Positions 10,440-19,505 of a stretch of DNA of 64,000 nt are shown here, piece by piece (position 1 is the first letter of the stretch; each line of letters opens with the position of its first letter). Origin of the DNA: Alphaproteobacteria bacterium (GTDB taxonomy: Bacteria; Pseudomonadota; Alphaproteobacteria; SHVV01). The translations under genes were made by a program, and so were the position numbers. Location: the NCBI GenBank assembly GCA_965247665.1, contig CBDFHH010000004.1, forward strand, positions 844,595-908,594. The letters are read 5' to 3'. The notes beneath the pieces are model-generated. The model worked only from the letters and a program-made list of their open reading frames with translations, did no database searches and was not told the origin of the DNA.

Positions 10440-11377
10440 ACGTGGACGAAATTACCATCATCGCGTTATTCCTCGCCTCGGCGATCCGCCTCGCTGGGCC
10501 GGTGCTGCTCGCGGCACTTGGCGAAGTCGTTTCGCAACGAGCCGGCGTCTTAAATGTTGGACTCGAAGGGTTAATGTTGGTTGGTGCCTTCGCCGCCGTG
10601 GTTGGTGCTGGCGCAACCGGATCGGCGCTGTACGGTGCAATGATTGGTGCCGGCGTGGCCTGCCTGTGCGGACTGGCGTTCGGGGTTCTCGTCGGCGTGC
10701 TTAGGGCAGATCAGATCGTGGCTGGAATTGGCCTTAACATATTGGCTCTTGGTGTGACCACACTGCTGCGGGAGGAGCTGATTCCAACACAGATCACACC
10801 GGTTCCAGCTGGCGTATTAGGCCCTATGGCAATCCCGTTGCTGAGTGAGCTACCCATCTTGGGCCGGGGGGTTTTTTCTCAAAGTCCCTTCATCTACGGA
10901 GCTTTGCTGCTAGCTATTCTTCTTTGGTACTTCTTGCGCTTCACATCGCCGGGTCTCGTTTTACGTTCGGTTGGAGAGGGTGCAACCGCAGCCGACTCCG
11001 CGGGCATCCCTGTCCTGTCGATACGGGTCGCCGTGGTAGCATTTGCGGGCCTAATGGCCGGGTTCGGCGGTGCCTACTTGTCGCTCGTTGCTGCCGGCGG
11101 TTTCTTCGTAGACAACATCACAGGTGGCCGCGGTTATCTTTCAATTGCCGTAGCAATTTTCGGACGCTGGCATCCTTTGTGGGTATGCGCGGCTGCGCTC
11201 TTGTTTGGGGCCGCTGACGCACTCCAGTACCAAGGTCAGCTACTGGGGTTGGCAGTACCAACGTCTATTCTGCTCATGTTCCCCTTCTTGCTTGCACTCG
11301 TAACATGGGTGCTCCTTGGTCGCAGCAAGGCGGCTCCTGCGGATCTGCTCCGACCATTCGTGCGGGCACAGAACTAA
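10409..11377 (+). CDS. ABC transporter permease (second TMD).
   Basis: 322-aa polytopic membrane protein overlapping the upstream permease by ~30 bp; start codon uncertain. Confidence 0.8.
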   Translation: MAAYARWDRVNVDEITIIALFLASAIRLAGPVLLAALGEVVSQRAGVLNVGLEGLMLVGAFAAVVGAGATGSALYGAMIGAGVACLCGLAFGVLVGVLRADQIVAGIGLNILALGVTTLLREELIPTQITPVPAGVLGPMAIPLLSELPILGRGVFSQSPFIYGALLLAILLWYFLRFTSPGLVLRSVGEGATAADSAGIPVLSIRVAVVAFAGLMAGFGGAYLSLVAAGGFFVDNITGGRGYLSIAVAIFGRWHPLWVCAAALLFGAADALQYQGQLLGLAVPTSILLMFPFLLALVTWVLLGRSKAAPADLLRPFVRAQN

Positions 11378-11432
11378 GCGGGGCCAACACTTTGGAATTC
11401 TCTAGAGCGCATCATTATTCGTACTAAGACAG

Positions 11433-13667
11433 TTGAAGTATCGAGGGCGGGAAATCAAGCGCGTCGAGGATTGGCGGCTTCTCAGGGGCGGCGGCCAATA
11501 TGTGGACGATATTCACGTCCCCAATGCAGCATACGCCGTCTTCGTGCGCAGTCCCCACGCGCATGCTGTGATCAAGCAAATTGAAACGGGCCAGGCAACC
11601 TCGATGCCCAACGTGCTCGCCGTGCTGAAGTCCGCAGATTGGGAAGCAAACGGCGGCGCTGACCTTCCGTGCATCCAAACTGTTCGTTCCAGCGATGGAA
11701 CACCCGCGCGAGAGGTATGGCGTCCCGTATTCGCCAAGGATCGTGTTCGTCATGTCGGAGAAATCGTTGTACTCGTGGTTGCCAGCACTCCTTGGCGAGC
11801 CGCCGATGCTGCCGAAGCTATCGAGATTGACTACGAGCTTCTGCCTTGTGTGACAGATGCTTGCGAGGCGCTCGAGCTTGGTGCACCGCAGGTCCATGAT
11901 GACGTTCCCGGCAATGTTGTTTACGACTGGTCGATCGGAGACAAGGTGGCGGTGGCGCAAGGCTTTGCGCGCGCAACACACGTGACGCGGACCGATCTTG
12001 TTAACAACCGCCTTCACCACCTGCCCATTGAGCCACGTGCAGTGATCGGTGCCTACGACCCAGCCAGGGAGCACTACACTCTGTGGTCGTCGACGCAGGT
12101 ACCTCATTTGATCCGTCAACTTCTAGTTGAGCACACACTCCGGGTGGCCGAACCAAACCTGCGCGTTATAGCGCCTGACGTGGGTGGTGGCTTCGGTCTA
12201 AAGGCGGTGCATTACGCCGAGGAAGCTGCAGTACTCTGGGCTTCCCGACTAGTTGGCCGCCCCGTGCGCTGGACTTCGACCCGCACGGAGGCCTTCATCG
12301 CCGACGTCCACGGCCGTGCCCAAGTTGCGCACGCCGAGATGGCCTTCGACGCCGAGGGCCGTATTCTTGCGCTACGCGTCGACACGGTTGCCAACATGGG
12401 TTCTTGCCTTGCCACTCTCGGGCCGGCGATACCATCCAAGTTCGGCTTACCAAGCCTCTGTCAGCTCTATGCGATTCCTGCGACCTACGCACGAGTACGC
12501 GCGGTATACACCAACACTTTACCCGTCGACGCCTATCGAGGTGCTGGCCAGCCAGAAGCGACCTACATCGTTGAACGCTTGATCGAGCAAACCGCGCGCG
12601 AACTTAGGATAGATCCTTTAATTCTCCGAGAGCGCAATCTCATCCCCGCGAACGCGTTCCCTCACACGACAGCCACCGGCGCCGTGTATGACTCTGGCGA
12701 CTATCCGGCCTTGTTGGCGAGAATGAAAGAGTTTGCTGGATATGAGGCGCTGCGGGTGCAGCAACAACAACTGAGAGAGTCTGGCACGCTGGTGGGTATC
12801 GGCATATCAGCGTACATCGAGAGTGCCGCTGACAGCCCGAGCCGTGAGACAGCCTCCGGTGGTAGCCGTGTCGGAAGTTGGGATGCTGCAAGCGTGCGCA
12901 TCCACCCGAGTGGCGCGGTCACGATCTACAGCGGCGGCCATTCCCATGGACAGGGTCATGATACCACGTTCCGCCAGGTGGCTGCCGATTACCTCGGCTG
13001 CAAGCTGACTGAGATCCAACTCGTGTCGGGTGACACCGATCGCGTGCATGCCGGAATGGGCACGTTCGGGTCGCGCTCGATCACGGTGATCGGCAGTGCG
13101 ATCGCGATCGCAGCTCAACGCGTCGTGATCAAGGGAGGCAAGCTCGCCGCGCACTTACTCGAGTGTGCCGAGACCGATATCGATTTCGAGAATGGCGACT
13201 ATGTCGTGCGAGGCATACACCTCGCGGTCGTGCTTGTCGACCCTGAGTGCGGCTTGGTCCGTTTGCTATACTATGTTGCCGTCGATGACTGTGGCCGGGT
13301 GATCAATCCCATGATTGTCGAGGGCCAAGTCCAAGGCGGAGTCGCACAGGGCGTTGGGCAGGCGCTGCTTGAATGCATCGTCTACGATGTCGAGACGGGG
13401 CAACCAACCTCTGGCTCGCTCTTGGATTATGCTGTGCCACGCGCCGCGGATTTGCCGTCGTTTCGCAATGCGAGGATTGAAACTCCGGCTCCCGACAATC
13501 CGCTTGGCGTAAAAGGGATCGGCGAGGCGGGAGCCGTCGCAGCCCCACCAGCAATCGTGAACGCAGTTCTCGATGCGCTTGCGCCGCTCGGTGTCCGCCA
13601 TCTCGACATGCCCTTGACGCCGTTGAGAGTTTGGGAGGCGATTCGAGCTGGAGGCAGGAGTTCCTAA
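11433..13667 (+). CDS. Xanthine-dehydrogenase-family molybdopterin-binding large subunit (aldehyde oxidase / form-II CoxL-like). Orphan: no adjacent small or FAD subunit.
   Basis: N-terminal RVEDWRLLRGGGQYVDDI, AYRGAGQPEATYIVERLIEQ motif (non-CO-dehydrogenase type), C-terminal molybdopterin domain; 744 aa. Confidence 0.85.
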   Translation: MKYRGREIKRVEDWRLLRGGGQYVDDIHVPNAAYAVFVRSPHAHAVIKQIETGQATSMPNVLAVLKSADWEANGGADLPCIQTVRSSDGTPAREVWRPVFAKDRVRHVGEIVVLVVASTPWRAADAAEAIEIDYELLPCVTDACEALELGAPQVHDDVPGNVVYDWSIGDKVAVAQGFARATHVTRTDLVNNRLHHLPIEPRAVIGAYDPAREHYTLWSSTQVPHLIRQLLVEHTLRVAEPNLRVIAPDVGGGFGLKAVHYAEEAAVLWASRLVGRPVRWTSTRTEAFIADVHGRAQVAHAEMAFDAEGRILALRVDTVANMGSCLATLGPAIPSKFGLPSLCQLYAIPATYARVRAVYTNTLPVDAYRGAGQPEATYIVERLIEQTARELRIDPLILRERNLIPANAFPHTTATGAVYDSGDYPALLARMKEFAGYEALRVQQQQLRESGTLVGIGISAYIESAADSPSRETASGGSRVGSWDAASVRIHPSGAVTIYSGGHSHGQGHDTTFRQVAADYLGCKLTEIQLVSGDTDRVHAGMGTFGSRSITVIGSAIAIAAQRVVIKGGKLAAHLLECAETDIDFENGDYVVRGIHLAVVLVDPECGLVRLLYYVAVDDCGRVINPMIVEGQVQGGVAQGVGQALLECIVYDVETGQPTSGSLLDYAVPRAADLPSFRNARIETPAPDNPLGVKGIGEAGAVAAPPAIVNAVLDALAPLGVRHLDMPLTPLRVWEAIRAGGRSS

Positions 13668-13720
13668 TACACGAAATGGCGCCCTGAACTCTGCGGTAAG
13701 CGGCGATGGCGAGCTGCGTT

Positions 13721-13780
13721 GCCCAAAGGCTCTTCAAGTTGCCCAAAGGCTCTTCAAGTTGCCCAAAGGCTCTTCAATAT
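13721..13780. repeat. Tandem direct repeat, 3 x 20 bp (GCCCAAAGGCTCTTCAAGTT), in the convergent intergenic region.
   Basis: Units at 13721-13740 and 13741-13760 are identical; 13761-13780 has 2 terminal mismatches. No spacers, so not a CRISPR array. Confidence 0.85.
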
Positions 13781-13931
13781 GACAGGGATTCTCAGTCTGA
13801 ACCCAGCCGGATAATTGGAAATCGGAATATCTCGTCTCAAATGGTTTGCGGCTCGCCGCACCTACCTACCTGCGTTTCCTCTATTGCCGTTCGTCCTAAC
13901 CCACAAAGGAGCAGCGCCCTGTCTTGGCTCG

Positions 13932-15320
13932 TTAACCAATACTGGGTAGCAGGCTTCCCAAGGGAACTGGCTTGATCGGCACACGGGGCTCGTTCACACC
14001 AAGGCTTTTCGGCGACACACCCAGAATCTGCGCTGCAACATGGGCAAGGCTCCAAGCGCAGACACGTCCCTGGCATGGACCCATCCCGCAGCGTGTCCAC
14101 ATCTTGATAGCCGCTGCGGTCTGAGCGCCGCTGTCAATTGCCTCGCGAACATCGCGTACACAGATGTCCTCGCAACGACAAACGATGGTGTCGTCCGTCA
14201 TCAAGCCGACGGTAGGGTTCTTCGCGGTGAATGTCTTGTTCACGTGATCGGCCAGAGCTTGAAAGCGGCGTCGCCGACGTCGCGCGCGGTCGAGCCGCCG
14301 TTGAGCTTCCACCGTCCAGTGTCCCAGAGTCCGGCCCGCGCACAATCCCGCTATTCTCCCTTCCTCGAGCGCCGCTCGCCATCCCGCCACGCCGGTGACC
14401 TCACCCGCCGCATAAATCTTCTCAACTGAAGTCTCCCCGGTGTTGTGGTTCACGGTGCATATTCGACCTCCCTCAATGTCGCTATACCCGTGCTCACAGC
14501 CTGCTAGGGCGGTCAATTCCGTGGAAGGTCGAAATCCTTGTCCGACTACGAGAATGTCCGCCTGGACATCGTGCTTCTGTCCAGCTACCTGCCCACTTCG
14601 ATAGTCGAGCGGGGAAATTGAAACGTGTTCGACGGCGCTCCGACCGTGAGCCGCCGTCACAACCGAACTCAAATGTACTGGGACATGGTGGCGACGAAGC
14701 GACCAGAGATACGTTACCAACTCGGACCAGATTTCCGGGAACTGCAAGGCGCCAAGCGCAGCGAGCGGCGCAAAGCGCGCAGATTCGACGTAAGCGGCGA
14801 TTTCCACACCTGATTTGAGCAGTTGCTGCGCTACAACCAGAAGGAACGGGCCATTCCCCGCCAACACGGCACGCTGACCTAACCTCACGCCCTCCGCCTT
14901 TATCAAGCGCTGCGCTCCGCCAGCGGTTAGGACCCCAGGAAGCGTCCAACCTGGAAAGGCCAAATTCCGGTCGTGCGCACCAGTTGCAATGATCAGACGT
15001 TCGCTCAAGATCTCCTGGGAGATACCACCGCGATAGACAGTAATCCGGCGCTCAGGGAACAAGCCCCAGACCTGTACGCTGGCCCAGATTTCGGCTCCTG
15101 CATCACGCACCTGTTTCACGAGCTTACGTCCCCGTCGGATTTCGGCGGACAGGGCACCATCGGTTCGGCTCGCCGGGGTAGGCTGCATGAAATACTGCCC
15201 GCCCGGAGAGACACTCTCATCGAGCAAGAGCACTTTGGCGCCCAATGAAGATGCTTCGAATGCCGCAGCCAGGCCGGCTGGCCCGGCACCAACGACGACG
15301 ACCTCCGCCATTATTACCAT
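13932..15320 (-). CDS. FAD/NAD(P)-binding oxidoreductase with BFD-like [2Fe-2S] domain (HcnB / opine-oxidase subunit A / sarcosine-oxidase-alpha-like).
   Basis: Rossmann GXGXXG (VVVVGAGPAGLAAA) and BFD-like CRCEDICVRDVREAI...RCGMGPCQGRVC segment. The start overlaps the stop of the upstream 2Fe-2S gene by 1 nt. Confidence 0.8.
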   Translation of the reverse strand: MVIMAEVVVVGAGPAGLAAAFEASSLGAKVLLLDESVSPGGQYFMQPTPASRTDGALSAEIRRGRKLVKQVRDAGAEIWASVQVWGLFPERRITVYRGGISQEILSERLIIATGAHDRNLAFPGWTLPGVLTAGGAQRLIKAEGVRLGQRAVLAGNGPFLLVVAQQLLKSGVEIAAYVESARFAPLAALGALQFPEIWSELVTYLWSLRRHHVPVHLSSVVTAAHGRSAVEHVSISPLDYRSGQVAGQKHDVQADILVVGQGFRPSTELTALAGCEHGYSDIEGGRICTVNHNTGETSVEKIYAAGEVTGVAGWRAALEEGRIAGLCAGRTLGHWTVEAQRRLDRARRRRRRFQALADHVNKTFTAKNPTVGLMTDDTIVCRCEDICVRDVREAIDSGAQTAAAIKMWTRCGMGPCQGRVCAWSLAHVAAQILGVSPKSLGVNEPRVPIKPVPLGSLLPSIG

Positions 15321-15610
15321 TACGTTGGCAACCGACCGAGTTCGACAACCATTCCTTCCAGCACACGGATCTGGCAGGCTCGTTGCGCCCGCCGGCCATC
15401 AACCGTTACCAAACACTCGAAGCAGACTCCCATCGCGCAGAACAAACCTCTCGGTTCTTGACGCAGTAGCGAATGACGTAGAACTCTTGTCTCATGCGCA
15501 AGCAGGGTCGCGGCCAGGGTTTGACCCTGCGGCGCATGTATCTCTTGACCATTGACCCACAGAGTAACCAATTGTCCCTCGGGCATTGCTCGGCTTGGGG
15601 AATTGGGCAT
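15320..15610 (-). CDS. Small (2Fe-2S)-binding subunit (HcnA-like). Start uncertain: 15610 or 15586.
   Basis: Core sequence EGQLVTLWVNGQEIHAPQGQTLAATLL...CAMGVCFECLVTVDGRRAQRAC is typical of HcnA / 2Fe-2S subunits of heteromeric amino-acid/opine oxidases. No clear RBS. Confidence 0.6.
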   Translation of the reverse strand: MPNSPSRAMPEGQLVTLWVNGQEIHAPQGQTLAATLLAHETRVLRHSLLRQEPRGLFCAMGVCFECLVTVDGRRAQRACQIRVLEGMVVELGRLPT

Positions 15611-15614
15611 GACT

Positions 15615-16787
15615 CTAGGTGGGCCCCATCGGAATTGAACCGACGCTAAAGCGAGTAGGGTCGTATAGTGCAATCGCCGGTGAGTCGTCCCCTTCGACTA
15701 TTAGCTGAGCAAGGGTCTCCGCAACTACTGGGGCGCGAACGAAACCGACACCACAATCCCCTGCAGCCATGAGAAAACCTCGAACTGACGGGAACTGCCC
15801 TACCAAGAACCGATCATCGGGGGTGACAGCTTCGTAACGTACCCAGGAACGAAGTAGGGGTACATCTGACAGAGTTGGGAAAAGCCACAGCAACGTCTCA
15901 ATTGAATTCAGGACAAAAGATAAATCGACGTCCAAGTCTCCGAGCTGATCGCTCTCTTCCCGCAAACCACCCGCGGGCACGGTGTTGAATAAAACCTGTC
16001 CGCTGTGCGCTTGTTGAATCTGTGTATATCCTGCTTTGGCACCACCAGCCGACTCACAGGATCCAACGACACAGGGGATCGTGGGGTCAAGGCGATCGGT
16101 TGCCAGACATTGTGCCTTGCGTGGCCGTATCGGGATTTCGAGGCCAACCATCGCAGCGAGCTGCCGCGCCCAAGGGCCAGTCGCGTTCACGAAGCAGCAT
16201 GTTGCCACGCGATGCGAACCGGATCGTACGGCGCGGACCGCGCCAGCCTCGATTTCCACCGCCGTCACTGGGCTTTGCGATAGGACGACGGCCCCTTGTC
16301 GTACAGCCGCCTCAATCAAGGCTCGGCAGCTAAGAAACGGATTCACGGTGGCGTCATCTGATGACCAAGTTGCGCCGACGATCGGACCCGTCAGAGCCGG
16401 GACAATCTCCCGTACGGTCGCGGGATTAATGAGTTCAACCTGGAGGCCGAGCTTCCGTTCTGCCTCGACCCATTCGCGCGCGATGGCCAGATCGTCCTCA
16501 CGCGCGATAAACCTCATTTGACCGCAGCGCTGATACTCGAAATCTCGGTCTAGTTCGTCGACCAAGTGCTCCCAGAGTGTGCATGCACGGCGCAGATAAG
16601 GGATCTCTTCGATATCGATCATGTGCGCGCCGATGCAAGCCAAGCTGGCGCCAGTTACCGCCCCACCAATGTTCCCCGTTTCCAGAATGACAACAGATAG
16701 GCCTCGTTTGGACAAAGCGTGGGCGGTCGCACAACCGACGATACCCGCGCCGGCGATGACCACGTCGGCAGTACTCGGGAACGTCAT
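15615..16787 (-). CDS. FAD-dependent oxidoreductase, DAO family (HcnC / opine-oxidase subunit B / sarcosine-oxidase-beta-like).
   Basis: N-terminal ADVVIAGAGIVGCATAHALSKRGLSVVILE dinucleotide fold, DAO-family architecture; 390 aa. Overlaps the next gene (16784) by 4 bp. Confidence 0.8.
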   Translation of the reverse strand: MTFPSTADVVIAGAGIVGCATAHALSKRGLSVVILETGNIGGAVTGASLACIGAHMIDIEEIPYLRRACTLWEHLVDELDRDFEYQRCGQMRFIAREDDLAIAREWVEAERKLGLQVELINPATVREIVPALTGPIVGATWSSDDATVNPFLSCRALIEAAVRQGAVVLSQSPVTAVEIEAGAVRAVRSGSHRVATCCFVNATGPWARQLAAMVGLEIPIRPRKAQCLATDRLDPTIPCVVGSCESAGGAKAGYTQIQQAHSGQVLFNTVPAGGLREESDQLGDLDVDLSFVLNSIETLLWLFPTLSDVPLLRSWVRYEAVTPDDRFLVGQFPSVRGFLMAAGDCGVGFVRAPVVAETLAQLIVEGDDSPAIALYDPTRFSVGSIPMGPT

Positions 16788-17710
16788 GATCGAATCTTGG
16801 TATCCGGTGGAGCGTCTGTCCAGAAACGGTCTTCAATCACTCCTTGCAGAACGGCATTGTCGATCTCCTCGCCCAAGGCCTCAAGGGCACTGACCGCCCG
16901 TGCGACGTGGACAGAATCGGGAAAGCCTAAACCGTATTCAAGCGTCGCACCTACAAACGTCAAGGCACGGATATCGCGAAGCTGCTTGTCCTGTTCCGTC
17001 TTTGACAGCCCAAACCAAGAGTCAGTGCAGATGTCCACCGCTTCTTCTCGGTTTCGAAAAGCCCAGGCCCAACCACTCAGCACCGTATTTACAACCGCCT
17101 GCACAAAATCTGGTCGTTCCTGCACCAGAGAACGTCTCGCGATCAAGCCGTCCTTGATCAAACTTGCATCGAAATCTTCTGGTACGAATAGATGCAGTTC
17201 ATCGCGCGTAAGCCCCGCATCCTCAATTTGGTGTAGTTCGTGATAGACTGTGATCTGAGCGCACTTGGTTTCGCCGGCAATAAAAGGTGCGACCGTATCC
17301 TCTTGGGCCACGCGTTCGACAGCTTGTGGATCAACATTGGCGCGTCGCAACATCCACCGAAACTCAAGATCCTCTCCACCAGGCCACACGCCAACCTTTT
17401 GCCCGACTAACTGAGACAGCTGCGTGATGCCGCTATCCTTGCGTACCGGATAAACCAGTGGACTATCCTGCTGAATGACTAGCAGCAAATTCAGGTCTTG
17501 AGGCACGCTCTCCACGATGTGAGCCGGGCTGGCGACACCGAAATCGCTTGCCCCCGAGAGGACAGACCGCACTGGGCCCACGTCAAAATCTAGCGGTGTC
17601 GTCTCAAGGCGGATATCGAACTGTTCGCCCAGACTCAGCCGCTCGGCTACCAGATAGCCGGCAAATTGAGCCTGGGGATGCCACATCAAATTTATCGTCG
17701 CCGTTTCCAT
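16784..17710 (-). CDS. NMT1/THI5-like (SsuA/ThiY-type) substrate-binding-fold protein. No obvious signal peptide from the chosen start.
   Basis: Start taken at the internal ATG (METATINLMWHPQAQFAGYLVA...), which matches the N-termini of NMT1/THI5-family proteins. The 54-codon upstream extension in the track looks non-coding. Confidence 0.6.
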   Translation of the reverse strand: METATINLMWHPQAQFAGYLVAERLSLGEQFDIRLETTPLDFDVGPVRSVLSGASDFGVASPAHIVESVPQDLNLLLVIQQDSPLVYPVRKDSGITQLSQLVGQKVGVWPGGEDLEFRWMLRRANVDPQAVERVAQEDTVAPFIAGETKCAQITVYHELHQIEDAGLTRDELHLFVPEDFDASLIKDGLIARRSLVQERPDFVQAVVNTVLSGWAWAFRNREEAVDICTDSWFGLSKTEQDKQLRDIRALTFVGATLEYGLGFPDSVHVARAVSALEALGEEIDNAVLQGVIEDRFWTDAPPDTKIRS

Positions 17711-18121
17711 GCTGGATCCGTATGCTGTCCGACCTTGCCCCGATGGGCCACCTTGCTGACGGGTACGCCCAAGAGATTCCCTTCTCAAATCGCGAGATGC
17801 GTGTCGTAGCGCTTCTCTGACCAAGCTGGAACACCAACACAAGCGCGACGTCAGTCGACCGCGTCGCAATCATCTGATTGGTATGGCCGACACCGAATGC
17901 ATCAGTGCCGTTGATCATAACGTTGGCTGGCTTTCGATGCGAGCCTGCGCGCGGTAGCTCAATGTCAGCGCCTTCCTCCCTGCAGCGACCCCTATCCGCT
18001 ACAACGCGGGAACGGACGAACTGCCTCGTAACACACGATCAGGTGGATTCCCGTGGCCGTCAACGCACCAATCCCCAAATTGGGCAGTGTGGCAGCGATC
18101 GGAGCCGCCACCCCAGCGAAG

Positions 18122-18440
18122 TGAGGTGGCTCCGGAGAATTGGACAGGTAGCTAAGGTGTCTTCCCCCGAGTGAGGAGGGGTACGCGATGAGCAAGAGAC
18201 GCAGGTTTTCCGGGGAGCTGAAGGCGAAGATCGCTCTGGACGCCCAGCGCGGGGATCGGACACTGCAGGAGATTGCTTCGAAGCATCAGGTTCATCCGAA
18301 CCAGGTGAGCACGTGAAAGGGCCAGACGATCGAGGGCCGGGGCAAGGTCTTCTCGAACGGCGCCGAACGGCGGGTCCGGGATCACGAGAGCGAGCTCCGA
18401 GATCTTCACGCGAAGATCGGGGAGTTGATCGTGGAACGGA
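18122..18440 (+). mobile_element. IS3-family insertion-sequence remnant: putative left terminal repeat plus 5' part of transposase orfA, carrying a premature TGA and truncated after ~85 codons. It marks the junction between the moderate-GC and high-GC blocks.
   Basis: TGAGGTGGCTCC... at 18122 resembles IS3-family ends, with RBS GAGGAGGGG upstream of orfA. The ATG at 18188 encodes MSKRRRFSGELKAKIALDAQRGDRTLQEIASKHQVHPNQVST, a near-canonical IS3/IS911 OrfA N-terminus. The conserved Trp codon is TGA at 18314-18316. The frame then continues KGQTIEGRGKVFSNG...ELRDLHAKIGELIVE (leucine-zipper region) and homology is lost at about 18440. Confidence 0.7.
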
Positions 18441-18512
18441 TGAGGCGGTCGGAGCGGCGGGCCATGGTGGCGCGCGATCACCCGTCGCCGGCCAGCCTTG
18501 GTCGCGCCGCCG

Positions 18513-19505
18513 CTACCCCCACAGCTCCGGCCTCGGCGGCAGCACCATGCCGTCGCGGTATTCGAGCGCGGGCTTTCGGTCGCGCGCGAGCAGCAGCGGG
18601 CCGTCGAGATCGACATAGTCGGCGAGGCCAGCGAGCAGAACCGCCGGCGCCACGGCCAACGAGGTCGCAACCATGCAACCGACCATGATCTTGAGATCGA
18701 GGGCATGGGCCGCCCGCGCGAGGTCGATCGCCTCGGTCAGCCCGCCGGTTTTGTCGAGCTTGATGTTGATCATGTCGTAGCGTGCCGCCAGTACGGCGAG
18801 GCCGTCGCGGTGGTGGCAGGACTCGTCGCCGCAGACGCTGAGCGGACGTGCCATCGCGGCGAGCGCTTCGTCCGCGTCGGCGGGCAGCGGCTGCTCGACC
18901 AGCTCGACTCCGAGTTGCGCCAAGCCTGCGAGACCGGGCTCGAGTTGTGCGGGTGTCCACGCCTCGTTGGCGTCGACGATGATGCGCGCCTCGGGAACCG
19001 CTTTGCGCACCGCAGCGACGCGGTCCATGTCGCCGTCGCCGCCGAGCTTGAGCTTGAGCAGCGGCTGACCGGCCGCTTTACGCGCCTTCGCGGCCATCTC
19101 GCCGGGTGGACCGAGGCTGATGGTGAAGGCGGTGATGGCGGCGACCGGTGCGTCGAGCCCGGCGATCGCCCAGGCCGGCCGGGCCTGTTGCTTGGCTTCG
19201 AGATCGAACAGCGCGCAATCGACCGCATTGCGGGCGGCGCCAGCCGGCATATGTGCGCGCAACTCCTCGCGCGAGATCCCGTTTTCGATATCGGCGCGGA
19301 ACGCTTCGATCTGTCCGACCACCGATTCGATACTTTCGCCGTAACGCGCGTAGGGCACACATTCGCCGCGCCCGGCGGCGTTGCCCTCCCGGATCACGCA
19401 GCTCACGACATCGATCTCGGTGCGGCTGCCGCGCGAGATCGTGAAGGTTCCCTCGGTCGGGAACCGTTCGTTGCGCAGCGCCAGGGTGCGCCTGGCGGAG
19501 GTCAC
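18513..19505 (-). CDS. Enolase-superfamily dipeptide epimerase (L-Ala-D/L-Glu epimerase-like; mandelate racemase / muconate lactonizing enzyme family).
   Basis: GTG start at 19505 (VTSARRTLALRNERFPTEGTFTISRGSRTEIDVV...), then ...TISLGPPGEMAAKARKAAGQPLLKLKLGGD...IIVDANEAWT...VEQP metal-ligand pattern. The track's 459-aa ORF includes a rejected upstream extension. Overlaps the DUF1611 stop by 4 bp (GTGA). Confidence 0.8.
   Translation of the reverse strand: MTSARRTLALRNERFPTEGTFTISRGSRTEIDVVSCVIREGNAAGRGECVPYARYGESIESVVGQIEAFRADIENGISREELRAHMPAGAARNAVDCALFDLEAKQQARPAWAIAGLDAPVAAITAFTISLGPPGEMAAKARKAAGQPLLKLKLGGDGDMDRVAAVRKAVPEARIIVDANEAWTPAQLEPGLAGLAQLGVELVEQPLPADADEALAAMARPLSVCGDESCHHRDGLAVLAARYDMINIKLDKTGGLTEAIDLARAAHALDLKIMVGCMVATSLAVAPAVLLAGLADYVDLDGPLLLARDRKPALEYRDGMVLPPRPELWG

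Noticed and set aside
11424-12119. 231-aa minus ORF inside the XDH-family gene
   Set aside because: Antisense within a well-supported CDS; no family match.
13721-13780. CRISPR array
   Set aside because: Three contiguous identical 20-bp units with no spacers and no cas genes anywhere in the window.
13706-13975. 89-aa plus ORF spanning the 20-bp tandem repeat
   Set aside because: Its N-terminus is simply the repeat translated (LFKLPKGSSSCPKALQ...). It lies in a convergent intergenic gap and is unlikely to be coding.
17941-17975. tRNA-like string GCGCGGTAGCTCAATGTCAGCGCC
   Set aside because: Resembles a tRNA D-arm, but no anticodon stem, T-arm (GGTTCGAATCC-like) or acceptor pairing could be found nearby. 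Probably chance.
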